A DNA stretch of 43,387 nucleotides from a virus (IMGVR_UViG_3300049139_000071:1-43387), one strand, 5' to 3'. Counted from the first letter of the stretch, positions 34,013 through 42,357 are shown. Translations and numbers: made by a program. The notes: generated by a model not told the origin, from the sequence alone.

Positions 34013-34455
34013 GATGCCGCATCTCCCTGCTTGCCAGACGAAATGGAGGAGAGGGTGGCTTTTGCCGACAACAGTGCCATCGTGAGATCAAGCCACTGCG
34101 GGCCGGTTTCTGCCCCCTTCAGCGCGACCTTGTTCCCGGCCTTTGTTAGCTTCTCCAGCGCCTCCTTCAGCCGCTCCCGCTCTTCGAGGAGGGAGGAGTG
34201 AGAGTTGACGGCTTCGACTATGAGGGCGGCGTTGGCTCCTCGCGGGTCGCTCTCCATTGACGCAACGATCGGATAAGAATTCATCCGCATGCACCCCCAG
34301 ATTTCGACATAAGGTGCGCGATCACCAACGCGCCACGGCAGCGGCGTGTGGCCGTCCGTCGATATCCCCTGCTGATCTCTAACCCGCGTCCCGTCGTCGC
34401 TCATTTCTCTGACCTGGTTTGTGGACAATGACCGTGGTTGGATGGGGTGGCTCAT
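34009..34455 (-). CDS. Hypothetical protein (HTPxPW..ANAxLI family)
   Basis: HTPLPW..ANAALIVEAVNSH. Confidence 0.7.
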   Translation of the reverse strand: MSHPIQPRSLSTNQVREMSDDGTRVRDQQGISTDGHTPLPWRVGDRAPYVEIWGCMRMNSYPIVASMESDPRGANAALIVEAVNSHSSLLEERERLKEALEKLTKAGNKVALKGAETGPQWLDLTMALLSAKATLSSISSGKQGDAAS

Positions 34456-34471
34456 TGCTGGTGATCCGGAG

Positions 34472-34756
34472 TCACGTTGCTGCGTCCATCGGATCGTTCT
34501 TAGGTATCACCCAAACTTGAACCGGCCAGCGAACACTAGTTAGTCCCTCTACCCACGCTCCAAGCGCATCAGTTGCCTCGTACTCACCACCGTACTTGTT
34601 GGGGGCTTCACGCTTGCGCAACATGCCGCCGTTGACGAACGAGCACATGGCTTCGGCGACGGCCGGGGACTCTCGATGCGCCGATTCACGCTCGGCGTAC
34701 GGCGCAGGCGAGGTCCAGTAGTGCAGTCCGATCATGATCATTAGCGGCGATGCCAT
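34472..34756 (-). CDS. Hypothetical protein
   Basis: AAAGGTG RBS. Confidence 0.65.
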   Translation of the reverse strand: MASPLMIMIGLHYWTSPAPYAERESAHRESPAVAEAMCSFVNGGMLRKREAPNKYGGEYEATDALGAWVEGLTSVRWPVQVWVIPKNDPMDAAT

Positions 34757-34796
34757 ATCGCACCTTTCCCGTTTCGAGTTGTGTTGCTTTACCTGT

Positions 34797-35009
34797 TCAC
34801 TGCTTGGCCTGAAGCATCAGGCAGAATGCGTCGTTGCCGCGAACCGGAAGCCAAGAGCCGCCCTTTGCAAGACAGTTGGCCTGCGCGGCGTAATAGCGCT
34901 CGCTTTCAAGGCCACCGCCGATGAACGCGCCGATAAAGAATGCGACGATGACCGTCGCCACGAGTGACCAGCAGATGATCCAGAACTTTCCGTCGCTATC
35001 CATCGTCAT
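34797..35009 (-). CDS. Single-TM membrane protein
   Basis: FWIICWSLVATVIVAFFIGAFIG; CLAKGGSW..C. Confidence 0.7.
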   Translation of the reverse strand: MTMDSDGKFWIICWSLVATVIVAFFIGAFIGGGLESERYYAAQANCLAKGGSWLPVRGNDAFCLMLQAKQ

Positions 35010-35102
35010 ATCCCTTCGTTCGTTTACCTCTGATGAGCCGCTCAACCAGAAGCGGTCATTGTCCCCTAAGTGCTTTCGCTATCGTTGTTAGGTTGCGGGT
35101 TG

Positions 35103-35318
35103 CTATCGCTGTAGCGAGTAGATGAGTTCGACCAGCGAAACCGTTTCCCATTCGAGAACAACCGGCTGGGCCTCGTACACTCCCGGCTGGACCATGACGC
35201 TAACGGTCATCCCCGTGGCCTTGGGGAATTCGAACACGTAATCCGTATGCCCTTCCGGCGTCGTGACCTTGCGAATCCGGCCTAGTGTCTGATCCATCGC
35301 CTCAATCCTCCCAATCAT
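35103..35318 (-). CDS. Hypothetical protein
   Basis: Coupled ORF. Confidence 0.55.
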   Translation of the reverse strand: MIGRIEAMDQTLGRIRKVTTPEGHTDYVFEFPKATGMTVSVMVQPGVYEAQPVVLEWETVSLVELIYSLQR

Positions 35319-35536
35319 TCAGCAGCATCCATTCGGTACGCAGCTTCCGCATCATCAATGCGCCGACGAACCAACATCAGCGCGAGAATGGCGCTATCAA
35401 TCGTGATCCGATCGCCAATCAATCGTTTGGGGTCGATGACCTGCAATTCAGTCGTTGAGTTGTCCAACTCGCGCAAGACAGGTCCAATCGGATCAAGATC
35501 GGAGCCGGGGAGGGGAAGCGTCCATTCGGTGTGCAT
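35315..35536 (-). CDS. Hypothetical protein
   Basis: Start MHTEW after a GGGG RBS. Confidence 0.55.
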   Translation of the reverse strand: MHTEWTLPLPGSDLDPIGPVLRELDNSTTELQVIDPKRLIGDRITIDSAILALMLVRRRIDDAEAAYRMDAAE

Positions 35537-35537
35537 G

Positions 35538-35768
35538 TCAGCCCCCCAGGTGCGCAGAATTGGGGAAGGGTTCGACACGGGTCCGGTATTCCCAATCCCA
35601 TCCACCATGCCCCCAGCATTCCCAAAATTTCCCCTTGCGCTCGACGTATTCGAGCCATCGGCAATCGTGCTCGCCGATACGAACAGGCCGCCACGCAAAC
35701 CAGCGGTGCCACTCGTGCTTTGCGTTGAACCGAGCTTTCCAAGATGGACCACAGTTGATCTTCATCAC
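35538..35768 (-). CDS. Trp-rich small phage protein
   Basis: WHRWFAWRPV..WLEYVER motif. Confidence 0.7.
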   Translation of the reverse strand: MMKINCGPSWKARFNAKHEWHRWFAWRPVRIGEHDCRWLEYVERKGKFWECWGHGGWDWEYRTRVEPFPNSAHLGG

Positions 35769-36091
35769 ACGCGCTCCTTCTGCTTCGTTGGATTGAGCAT
35801 CGCAGTGAAGAGGGAGATGTCGGTCTTGCGCTCGACTACGGGGCGGAAGCGAGTGCTTCTGTAGTTTGGCTCCATCACACCATCGGAGATGGACCTGCAG
35901 ATCGGATTCACGATCTCTTCTAGGCGGACAGCACAGACACTCTCACTCTGGAATTCGATGTCGCGGATTGTGTAGATGGTCTCGCGCTTGGGCATAGGAA
36001 CTTCATATTCATCACCGCCCAACGTTTGCCGGACGAGAGAGCCAGAATACTCGCCATCCACACAAACAACCTTCATGCCGACACGAAACAT
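35765..36091 (-). CDS. Hypothetical phage protein
   Basis: GGAGG RBS; FRVGMKVVCVD..YTIR..RFRP..TDIS. Confidence 0.75.
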   Translation of the reverse strand: MFRVGMKVVCVDGEYSGSLVRQTLGGDEYEVPMPKRETIYTIRDIEFQSESVCAVRLEEIVNPICRSISDGVMEPNYRSTRFRPVVERKTDISLFTAMLNPTKQKERV

Positions 36092-36101
36092 GATCCCCTC
36101 C

Positions 36102-36452
36102 TTATTCGGCAGCGTCGAGCATCTGCGCCCGCACCGTCAGCAAGTCCCACTTCATGCTCGTCTCTTCACTCACCTCGCCATCACGGAGGATTTCTTCCGC
36201 CGTGAACTCAAACAACTGAGCAGCCTCGCTGGTGGCTTCGCGGAAGTACCTCAGCGCATCACCGCGTGCTCGCTCCCACTTCGGTCCCCGGTACGGAGCG
36301 AGGTCTGCCATCCGATCGCTGTAGGCTTCACGTTGCGGAGCCGTCGCATCGTCAAAATATTTGCGGGCCAGTGCGTCGGCGTTCTCAACACGCTCTGCGT
36401 GTTCGAAGTCGGTTTCTGCGGGAAGCCAGTGGAGGAGGCGCCAGTCGGACAT
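36102..36452 (-). CDS. Hypothetical protein
   Basis: GGAGG RBS before MSDWRLL. Confidence 0.65.
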   Translation of the reverse strand: MSDWRLLHWLPAETDFEHAERVENADALARKYFDDATAPQREAYSDRMADLAPYRGPKWERARGDALRYFREATSEAAQLFEFTAEEILRDGEVSEETSMKWDLLTVRAQMLDAAE

Positions 36453-36454
36453 GA

Positions 36455-36637
36455 TTAGCGACCCTCCTTTGCGCGCAGCCTTGCTGCGTCCACCATGTCT
36501 GCGAATTTGTCCCGGTAACGCTCGCCTGCCACGTCGCCTGTCTTGTCGTATGCTTCGCACCAATCCGCGTCAGGATGATCGTTGAGGTATTCCTCGATCA
36601 GCTCTTCGTGCGCAGCGATGAAGAGTTCTTTGCTCAT
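36455..36637 (-). CDS. Small acidic protein
   Basis: GGAGG RBS before MSKELF; TGATG coupling. Confidence 0.65.
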   Translation of the reverse strand: MSKELFIAAHEELIEEYLNDHPDADWCEAYDKTGDVAGERYRDKFADMVDAARLRAKEGR

Positions 36638-37041
36638 CACGCTTCCTCCACCTTGGAGAGGGCGGCGTCGATGGTCAGCCAAACCTGCAACAGCTCGTCG
36701 TTTTTCCAGCCCGTCTCTGTGGTTGGATCGCCGCCGTCGTAGCTGCGGATGGCGTCTTCTGCGACCTTCAGCGCCTCGTACAACTCAGGCGCCGCTGCGA
36801 TTAGGCGGGCGTTGGCTTCAGCCTCATCCGCTCGGAACGAGCGCGCGAGCGGCGACGGATGTCCTAGCTGCACGCGCGCTTCTGCAACTGGGTAGCCCAT
36901 GCCGTAGCTCGAAAGGTCGTCTTCGTTGCAGGCGCCCCAAACGAGGGTTGTCCCTTCCTCAACGCGCCACGGTCCCGGCGTATGCTGCGCCCGGATCACC
37001 AGTGGTGACTTGCTGCTAGCCTCTGCGGTCGTTGTCCCCAT
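36637..37041 (-). CDS. First gene of the left early operon (HTPGPW family)
   Basis: GAGGAGG RBS; HTPGPW..EANARLIAAAPELYEAL. Confidence 0.75.
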   Translation of the reverse strand: MGTTTAEASSKSPLVIRAQHTPGPWRVEEGTTLVWGACNEDDLSSYGMGYPVAEARVQLGHPSPLARSFRADEAEANARLIAAAPELYEALKVAEDAIRSYDGGDPTTETGWKNDELLQVWLTIDAALSKVEEA

Positions 37042-37082
37042 CTTCCCCTCCTCGTGGTGATCGGTGGTGGTTGATGGCTCCA

Positions 37083-37120
37083 TAAAGCATAGCTTTAGTT
37101 GCTGGTCAAGCCGTCCTTTA
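37083..37120 (-). promoter_or_regulatory. OL: two repressor operators overlapping PL
   Basis: TAAAG-CATAG-CTTTA (37083-37097) and TCAAG-CCGTC-CTTTA (37106-37120); minus-strand TTGACC -35. Confidence 0.75.
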
Positions 37121-37190
37121 GAAAAAAACAAGCACGCGCGAAATTGTCGGTCTGAAACCGCACAAAGACCGTCAGCGATTCAGGATTGAG

Positions 37191-37925
37191 CTAGCCGTTT
37201 CGGGGATCGATAAAGACGACGACGTGAACGGTCGTCCATTCCGCCTTTCGCAGAGCAAAACAACGCTTCTCGCCTTCGGGCGGGTTGTATTGCTCAACGT
37301 GCCAGGCGTCGGCCGTCTCTTTGCGGTACTCTTTGATGCATCCGTAAACCGTTCCGTCCAGCCGCTCGTTGCGGAACACGCACAAGTTACCCTGTCGCGC
37401 TTTGCGGTGCGGATCGACGTGGACGATAAAGCCCGGCCGGAGCGCCGGCACCATAGAGGTGCCGTCTACCTGAAGCGCATAAGCCTCGCGAACGTGCTCC
37501 AACCCAGGCGACCTCGGAATGTAGTCTATAGGCTCAGAATCAATTACTTCTACGCCTTCTCCGGCGCTTGTTAGCCCACGCAATGGCATGGTTCCGCCCC
37601 CGACATGTAAAGACTGCATTTCGCGCAATCTGAACGCCCCGTGAGAGTGTGGCAAACCGGCGGCGGGCTGGCTACTCAATTCGAGGTTGTTCCCCTCCGG
37701 AACAATAGGCGGGGTTCGATCGGCCTCGTCGTGCAGCCAGTCGGTGGAAACCTTAAGCGTCTTCGCAATGACTGGTATTTTTGCCCCCTCGGGGGAGGAA
37801 TCACCGCGTTCCCAGCCAGACACGGCCTGAGGCGTAACCCCAAGCACCTCGGCAAGCTCCGCCTGTGTGACCTTTGGTCGCAGGCGCTTGCGGGCTACTG
37901 CTATCTTCTTCCCGAGGATTGACAT
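37191..37925 (-). CDS. cI: CI-like repressor (XRE HTH plus S24 peptidase)
   Basis: TQAELAEVLGVTPQAVSGWERG; VDGTSMVP (Ser) and CIKEY (Lys); divergent from cro; alternative start 37940. Confidence 0.92.
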   Translation of the reverse strand: MSILGKKIAVARKRLRPKVTQAELAEVLGVTPQAVSGWERGDSSPEGAKIPVIAKTLKVSTDWLHDEADRTPPIVPEGNNLELSSQPAAGLPHSHGAFRLREMQSLHVGGGTMPLRGLTSAGEGVEVIDSEPIDYIPRSPGLEHVREAYALQVDGTSMVPALRPGFIVHVDPHRKARQGNLCVFRNERLDGTVYGCIKEYRKETADAWHVEQYNPPEGEKRCFALRKAEWTTVHVVVFIDPRNG

Positions 37926-37939
37926 GGCACGGCGCACCA

Positions 37940-38002
37940 TAAAGACAGGCTTGAGGCTGTAAAGAAAGTGAGGCTTGACTTTCGGACTCAAGTTATGCTT
38001 TA
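37940..38002. promoter_or_regulatory. OR: three operators at exact 24-bp spacing overlapping PR/PRM
   Basis: TAAAG-ACAGG-CTTGA (37940), GAAAG-TGAGG-CTTGA (37964), TCAAG-TTATG-CTTTA (37988); TTGACT at 37975. Confidence 0.8.
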
Positions 38003-38010
38003 CCTGCTTT

Positions 38011-38226
38011 ATGTCGGAAAAAGCACGCGACCCCGCCCTGAAACGGGCCATTGAAAGCCTCGGAACCGCAGAAGCGCTGGCGCGCAAGCTGTTCATCAAG
38101 CCGCAGGCTATTTCCCAGTGGGAACGCGTTCCTCCTCTTCGCGTGCTCGACGTTGAGCGCCACACCGGCATTCCTCGTCACGAACTGCGTCCCGACCTGT
38201 ATCCGGCGCCGGAAGGTGCGGCATGA
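38011..38226 (+). CDS. cro: Cro/YdaS-like regulator
   Basis: LARKLFIKPQAISQW..VP..RVL.VE..TGIPRHELRPDLY. Confidence 0.9.
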   Translation: MSEKARDPALKRAIESLGTAEALARKLFIKPQAISQWERVPPLRVLDVERHTGIPRHELRPDLYPAPEGAA

Positions 38227-38726
38227 CCGGGCGTCGCTACAACCTGACGATTACCGCCGCTCAGCTGCGCGAGTTGCTCAGCTACGATCCCGAGATCGGC
38301 CAATTCTACTGGCGCGTCACGCGCAACGGCAATTGCAAAGCTGGCGCGCTTGCTGGCTATCTGATGAAGCAGGGCTATTGGTGCATCATGTTGCGGGGCA
38401 AGTCCTACCTCGCGCATCGCCTCGCGTGGCTCTATACGACCGGCGAATGGCCGGCGCAGCTTGTTGATCACATCAACGGCGACAAGGCCGACAATCGCTT
38501 TGCGAATCTGCGCGAGGCTTCTGAGCACGGAAACACCTGGAATAGAAAGCGTGAAGGCGTTCACCGCCGTCGCAATGGTCGGTTTGGCTCGGCAATTAGT
38601 CCAAACGGGCGACGCATCTATCTCGGCACGTTTGACACAGCCGAGGAGGCTAGGGCCGCGTATCGCGCAGCGACAATCGAGCATTACGGGGACTTCAGCA
38701 TCGCTCACCGTGAGGATGCCGCATGA
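38223..38726 (+). CDS. HNH-AP2 homing endonuclease
   Basis: AHRLAWLY..VDHINGDKADNRFANLR; AP2 motif YLGTFDTAEEARAAY. Confidence 0.9.
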   Translation: MTGRRYNLTITAAQLRELLSYDPEIGQFYWRVTRNGNCKAGALAGYLMKQGYWCIMLRGKSYLAHRLAWLYTTGEWPAQLVDHINGDKADNRFANLREASEHGNTWNRKREGVHRRRNGRFGSAISPNGRRIYLGTFDTAEEARAAYRAATIEHYGDFSIAHREDAA

Positions 38727-38851
38727 CCTCGCATCCGAACAATTCCGAGTTGGCGTCTCTCCTCCCTGACGCCCGACTGGCCGGTGCCGTTACTTCCGCA
38801 CAGGAGTCAGCCGTCCAAGCTACGGCACCGGCCAATTTTTCTTTCACGAGT

Positions 38852-38982
38852 TCTGAGAGCGGCGTGGAAGGACACGCAGGGCGACCATGGCCAAGCCCTA
38901 AGCTGGTTGCGACATTCGGTGAAGCAATGGGACCGATTGTGCGATCCAGATCAGCAGCCGGTTTCGAGCCCGGCCTCTCAGA
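38852..38982 (+). ncRNA. tRNA-like cloverleaf RNA, 131 nt, non-canonical
   Basis: Acceptor TCTGAGAG/CTCTCAGA; D-like arm GCGT-GGAAGGAC-ACGC; AGGGC-12nt-GCCCT arm; ~55-nt variable arm; T-like arm GCCGG-TTTCGAGC-CCGGC. Confidence 0.7.
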
Positions 38983-39117
38983 TTCAATTTCCAATCCCCC
39001 GGATGCAACTCGATCTCCGGTTGATGGGCGGCGCTCGGGTGTCCCCGAAAACACTACCGAGCGCCGATTCATTCTCGACGTGGTCGCGTTCAACAAAGCG
39101 CTCATGGAGTGGGTGTG

Positions 39118-39285
39118 ATGGAAAGCTTCTTCGTTTCGATGGCCGTCGCAATAGTGCTCCTCACGGTCGGCGCCGCTCCGATATATGCCCTCGCTGACCG
39201 CTTCGAAGATCGAATATCCGGCGTCTGCTTGGGCATCGTCTATGGGTGGATCGCGGGCTTCATCGTTTTCGCGGTGCTGAAATGA
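39118..39285 (+). CDS. Two-TM small membrane protein (55 aa)
   Basis: GGAG RBS; MESFFVSMAVAIVLLTVGAAPIYALAD..GVCLGIVYGWIAGFIVFAVLK. Confidence 0.6.
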   Translation: MESFFVSMAVAIVLLTVGAAPIYALADRFEDRISGVCLGIVYGWIAGFIVFAVLK

Positions 39286-39379
39286 CCACGGCCGACGCAT
39301 CTCGGGGCAAAGACACGCCGGCCGCTCCACCACGCACGGGGCAGTGCGCTACGGAATCTCAATCACCAGGAGCGCGGTC

Positions 39380-39487
39380 ATGATGACGGCCATCAGGCAA
39401 ACGGCAATCAATGCCGCCTTGATCGTTGTCGGTGTCGCCATCGTCGCAGCTCCCGGTATCGCAATCGTTTTGTGTCTGAAGGGTTAG
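39380..39487 (+). CDS. 35-aa membrane peptide
   Basis: AGGAG RBS; MMTAIRQTAINAALIVVGVAIVAAPGIAIVLCLKG. Confidence 0.55.
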   Translation: MMTAIRQTAINAALIVVGVAIVAAPGIAIVLCLKG

Positions 39488-39594
39488 CCGATCTACGACA
39501 CGCAGCGCCGCCAAGCAGAGCGTGTCCCAGGTATCCGGTTCGAGTTCGTCGTCGTCCATGGGCAGGGTTTTAAAACCATGGAGCAGTCTAAGAG

Positions 39595-39972
39595 ATGTCA
39601 AAGATTGACAAGGGATCGCCAATGAGTTCGGCCGCGTTAATTTCAACAACCCGCAGCATGGCGAGCGAGCTTGTGCGTCGCGAAGCGTACCGTAGCGGCT
39701 CCCGCACCGTCGCATACGACAAGGTGGCGCAGGCGGTTGGTGTTTCATCTTCCTGGTTGCGGAAGTTCCTCGCCGACAGCGGCGAAGCCAAGGAACCACG
39801 GCTCACGCTCTTTCATAATATCAGGGCGGCATACGACCAACTCTGCCTGCGCGTCGAACTGGAAAACGAAATGGACGCGCTGCGCATGCGTGCTCTGAAG
39901 AGGAAAAGTCATGCGGTTACTGAGGGCATTGGCACGAAAGATCGTGCTGAAGATCAGACTATGGCTCGCTGA
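39595..39972 (+). CDS. HTH regulator (CII-like position)
   Basis: AYDKVAQAVGVSSSWLRKF HTH plus C-terminal helix. Confidence 0.65.
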   Translation: MSKIDKGSPMSSAALISTTRSMASELVRREAYRSGSRTVAYDKVAQAVGVSSSWLRKFLADSGEAKEPRLTLFHNIRAAYDQLCLRVELENEMDALRMRALKRKSHAVTEGIGTKDRAEDQTMAR

Positions 39973-40007
39973 ACGGAAGTAGCGACAACACAGGGCAGGG
40001 GGTTCAA

Positions 40008-40640
40008 ATGTCACCATTCTGGACAGAGCAAAAACTAGCGACTCTGAAAACGATGCTCTTGCAGGGCCGTACCCTTGAGCAGGTTGGAGAAGTCGTCGGC
40101 ATGACGCGCCACGGCATCAAGCACCAGGCCGACAAGCTCGGCTTGCGGTCGAGCCATAGCGCGAGCCAATGGCCCCCGGAGAGGATCGATCGGCTGAAGG
40201 CCCTCTTCGCGGAAGGCTATTCCGGTGGAGCGATTGCATACGAGCTTGGCGTGACCAGAAACTCGGTCATCGGCAAGCTGCATCGTCTCGGTCTCACACG
40301 CGCCAACGGCGTTGAGCGCCCGCCTGCGAACAAGGGGCAACGGGTGATCCGCAAGAAGTCGGCGCCGTCCGTGAGGCTGGTTCCGGTTCTTCCTTGCGCA
40401 GCCGTTGTCGATGTAGTGCCGCTGCATGTTTCCCTGTTCGATCTTCAGCGCGGGCAGTGCCGATTCCCATATGGCGATGCACCGGCCAGCATGACGTTCT
40501 GCGGCTGTGAGGCCGCGCCCGGCAAGTCATACTGCGAGCCGCACCATCGTCTGACGCGCCTCGAAGTACGCATGTCGCCCGAGGAGTTCGTCCAGCACAA
40601 GCGCGCCTTCCGCGCCAAGATGATTGCGGAGGCGGCATGA
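40008..40640 (+). CDS. gcrA: GcrA-like cell-cycle regulator with duplicated N-terminal HTH
   Basis: WPPERIDRLK..IAYELGVTRNSVIGKLHRLGL; C-terminal CRFPYGD..FCG..SYCEPH. Confidence 0.88.
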   Translation: MSPFWTEQKLATLKTMLLQGRTLEQVGEVVGMTRHGIKHQADKLGLRSSHSASQWPPERIDRLKALFAEGYSGGAIAYELGVTRNSVIGKLHRLGLTRANGVERPPANKGQRVIRKKSAPSVRLVPVLPCAAVVDVVPLHVSLFDLQRGQCRFPYGDAPASMTFCGCEAAPGKSYCEPHHRLTRLEVRMSPEEFVQHKRAFRAKMIAEAA

Positions 40641-40879
40641 CCGGCAACGACATCATCGCGCGAGTGTGCGCGGAACGCGGCTTCATGCCCGATGAAGTAG
40701 TCGGTGGTGGCCGGCGGTGCCTGGAAGTTTCCGAAGCGCGGCTTGAGGCCGTCCGCAGGCTTTATGAACACTTCTCGTTGAAGGAGATCGCGCGCCTGTT
40801 GGGCATCAGCCACTACACGGTCGCACACTATCGGCATCAGCTCATTGCGATGAGCCGCCACGCGGCGGCCCGCACATGA
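40637..40879 (+). CDS. DnaA C-terminal (domain IV)-like HTH protein
   Basis: II..VC...G....EV.G..R...V..AR..A......SL.EIAR.LG..HYTV pattern. Confidence 0.7.
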   Translation: MTGNDIIARVCAERGFMPDEVVGGGRRCLEVSEARLEAVRRLYEHFSLKEIARLLGISHYTVAHYRHQLIAMSRHAAART

Positions 40880-41067
40880 CCGCCCCGCGCGTCACCGAGC
40901 GTATTTGGTGGACGACCTACGTTCGCCTGAACGACGTGCCGCGATGGACCGCGCTTGGCTGGAAAGCAACCGGCGATCTTCGCGACACCAACCACGGCGA
41001 ATACTCGGAACTGATGGAGTGGACCGGAGGCGATGAGCCGAAATACCCGGAGAGGGAAGAGGGATGA
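40876..41067 (+). CDS. Hypothetical protein
   Basis: ATGA coupling; YV....V..W.ALGW..HGEYS.LM.W. Confidence 0.7.
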   Translation: MTAPRVTERIWWTTYVRLNDVPRWTALGWKATGDLRDTNHGEYSELMEWTGGDEPKYPEREEG

Positions 41068-41507
41068 AAGCGCCGCACCCCTCGGAGCACAAGCTGCAAG
41101 TAGCCCTGATGGACTATCTGTCCATTGCCGGGCGCCGTGATCTGTACTGGTTCGCGATCCCGAACCAATCGAACCGGCACATCCACAACGCCGCGAAGAT
41201 GAAAGCGGAAGGTGTTCGCAGCGGCATCCCTGACCTCTGCTTCCTCCTACCGGAAGGCCGCGTCGCCTGGCTCGAAATGAAAACGCTGGTGGGCCGGTTG
41301 TCCGACACACAGAAGGCGTTTCGCGATCGTGCGCTCGCCCTCGGTCACTTCTGGGCGATGGCACGCAGCGTCGATGAGGCGATTCCGCACCTGACCGCAT
41401 GGGGTGTCCTCAAGTCCGCCTACAAGCGCGGCCCGAATTTCTTCACCACAGACCACCTGGCAAAACTTCTCAACCCAGCAACCAGCAAGCAAACCGAAGG
41501 AGCGTAG
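41064..41507 (+). CDS. VRR-NUC nuclease (resolvase-like)
   Basis: EHKLQ..FAIPN..MKAEGVRSGIPDL..LEMK..GRLS..Q. Confidence 0.88.
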   Translation: MKAPHPSEHKLQVALMDYLSIAGRRDLYWFAIPNQSNRHIHNAAKMKAEGVRSGIPDLCFLLPEGRVAWLEMKTLVGRLSDTQKAFRDRALALGHFWAMARSVDEAIPHLTAWGVLKSAYKRGPNFFTTDHLAKLLNPATSKQTEGA

Positions 41508-41508
41508 A

Positions 41509-42357
41509 GTGGAACGACAACTGAAGATCATCTCCGCCAGCGAACGGCTGGCGCAGGACAAGGGCGTCAAGGCGCTGATTGTCGGCCCTGCCGGGGTCGG
41601 CAAGACCTCACTGCTGCGGACGCTCGATCCCAAGTCCGTGCTGTTCGTTGACTTGGAGGCGGGCGATCTCGCCGTGCAGGACGTGGAAGTGGACAGCCTG
41701 CGCCCTCGCACCTGGGAAGATTGCCGCAATGTCGCGTGCTTTCTTGGCGGACCTAATCCGGCGCTGCCGCCGACTGCGGTTTACTCACAGGCGCATTTCG
41801 ACGCCGTGAAGGAAGAGTTCGGCGAGGCGTCCGCGCTCGGGAAGTATGAAACCTACTTCATCGACTCGATCACCGTCGCCGGGCGGCTCTGCTTCAAGTG
41901 GTGCGAGCAACAGCCGGAGAGTTTCAACGATCGCGGCAAGAAAGACGTGCGCGGCACTTACGGCCTGATGGGTCGAGAGATGATCGGCTGGCTGACGCAC
42001 CTCCAGCACACCCGCGGTAAGAACGTGATCTTCCTCGGCATCCTCGAAAACCTGAAGGACGAGTTCAACGTCACTTCATGGGAGTTGCAGATCGAAGGCA
42101 GCAAAACCGGCAAGGAGCTGCCGGGAATTGTCGATCAAATCGCAACGATGCAGTTCGTTGACTTCGGCGACGGGCAGAAGGTGCGGGCGCTGGTCTGCAC
42201 ACAGCCGAACCCCTGGAATTACCCTGCGAAGGACCGCGCCGGGCGGCTTGAGCAGGTTGAACAACCGCATCTCGGCAAGTGGCTGGCCAAGCTCACCGGC
42301 AAGGGTGAGCGCAAGCCGGTTTCCCATGAAATCCCCAAGCAAACCGAAGCAGCATAA
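41509..42357 (+). CDS. AAA_24 / Sak4-like recombination ATPase
   Basis: Walker A GPAGVGKT; FVDLEAG; FIDSIT; AKDR.GRL; GTG start after GGAG. Confidence 0.85.
   Translation: MERQLKIISASERLAQDKGVKALIVGPAGVGKTSLLRTLDPKSVLFVDLEAGDLAVQDVEVDSLRPRTWEDCRNVACFLGGPNPALPPTAVYSQAHFDAVKEEFGEASALGKYETYFIDSITVAGRLCFKWCEQQPESFNDRGKKDVRGTYGLMGREMIGWLTHLQHTRGKNVIFLGILENLKDEFNVTSWELQIEGSKTGKELPGIVDQIATMQFVDFGDGQKVRALVCTQPNPWNYPAKDRAGRLEQVEQPHLGKWLAKLTGKGERKPVSHEIPKQTEAA

Noticed and set aside
38723-39118. 131-aa ORF from the track
   Set aside because: Ser/Pro-rich with no recognisable motif, and it overlies a tRNA-like fold and a strong hairpin; it is ATGA-coupled, so translation of a leader cannot be excluded
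39359-39799. Minus-strand acidic ORF
   Set aside because: Its D-rich part is the antisense shadow of a plus-strand TM peptide with a good RBS (39380-39487), and the rest overlaps the 39595 gene
41486-42350. 13-bp repeat AAGCAAACCGAAG at the ends of two adjacent genes
   Set aside because: Only two short copies next to ribosome-binding regions; no further support
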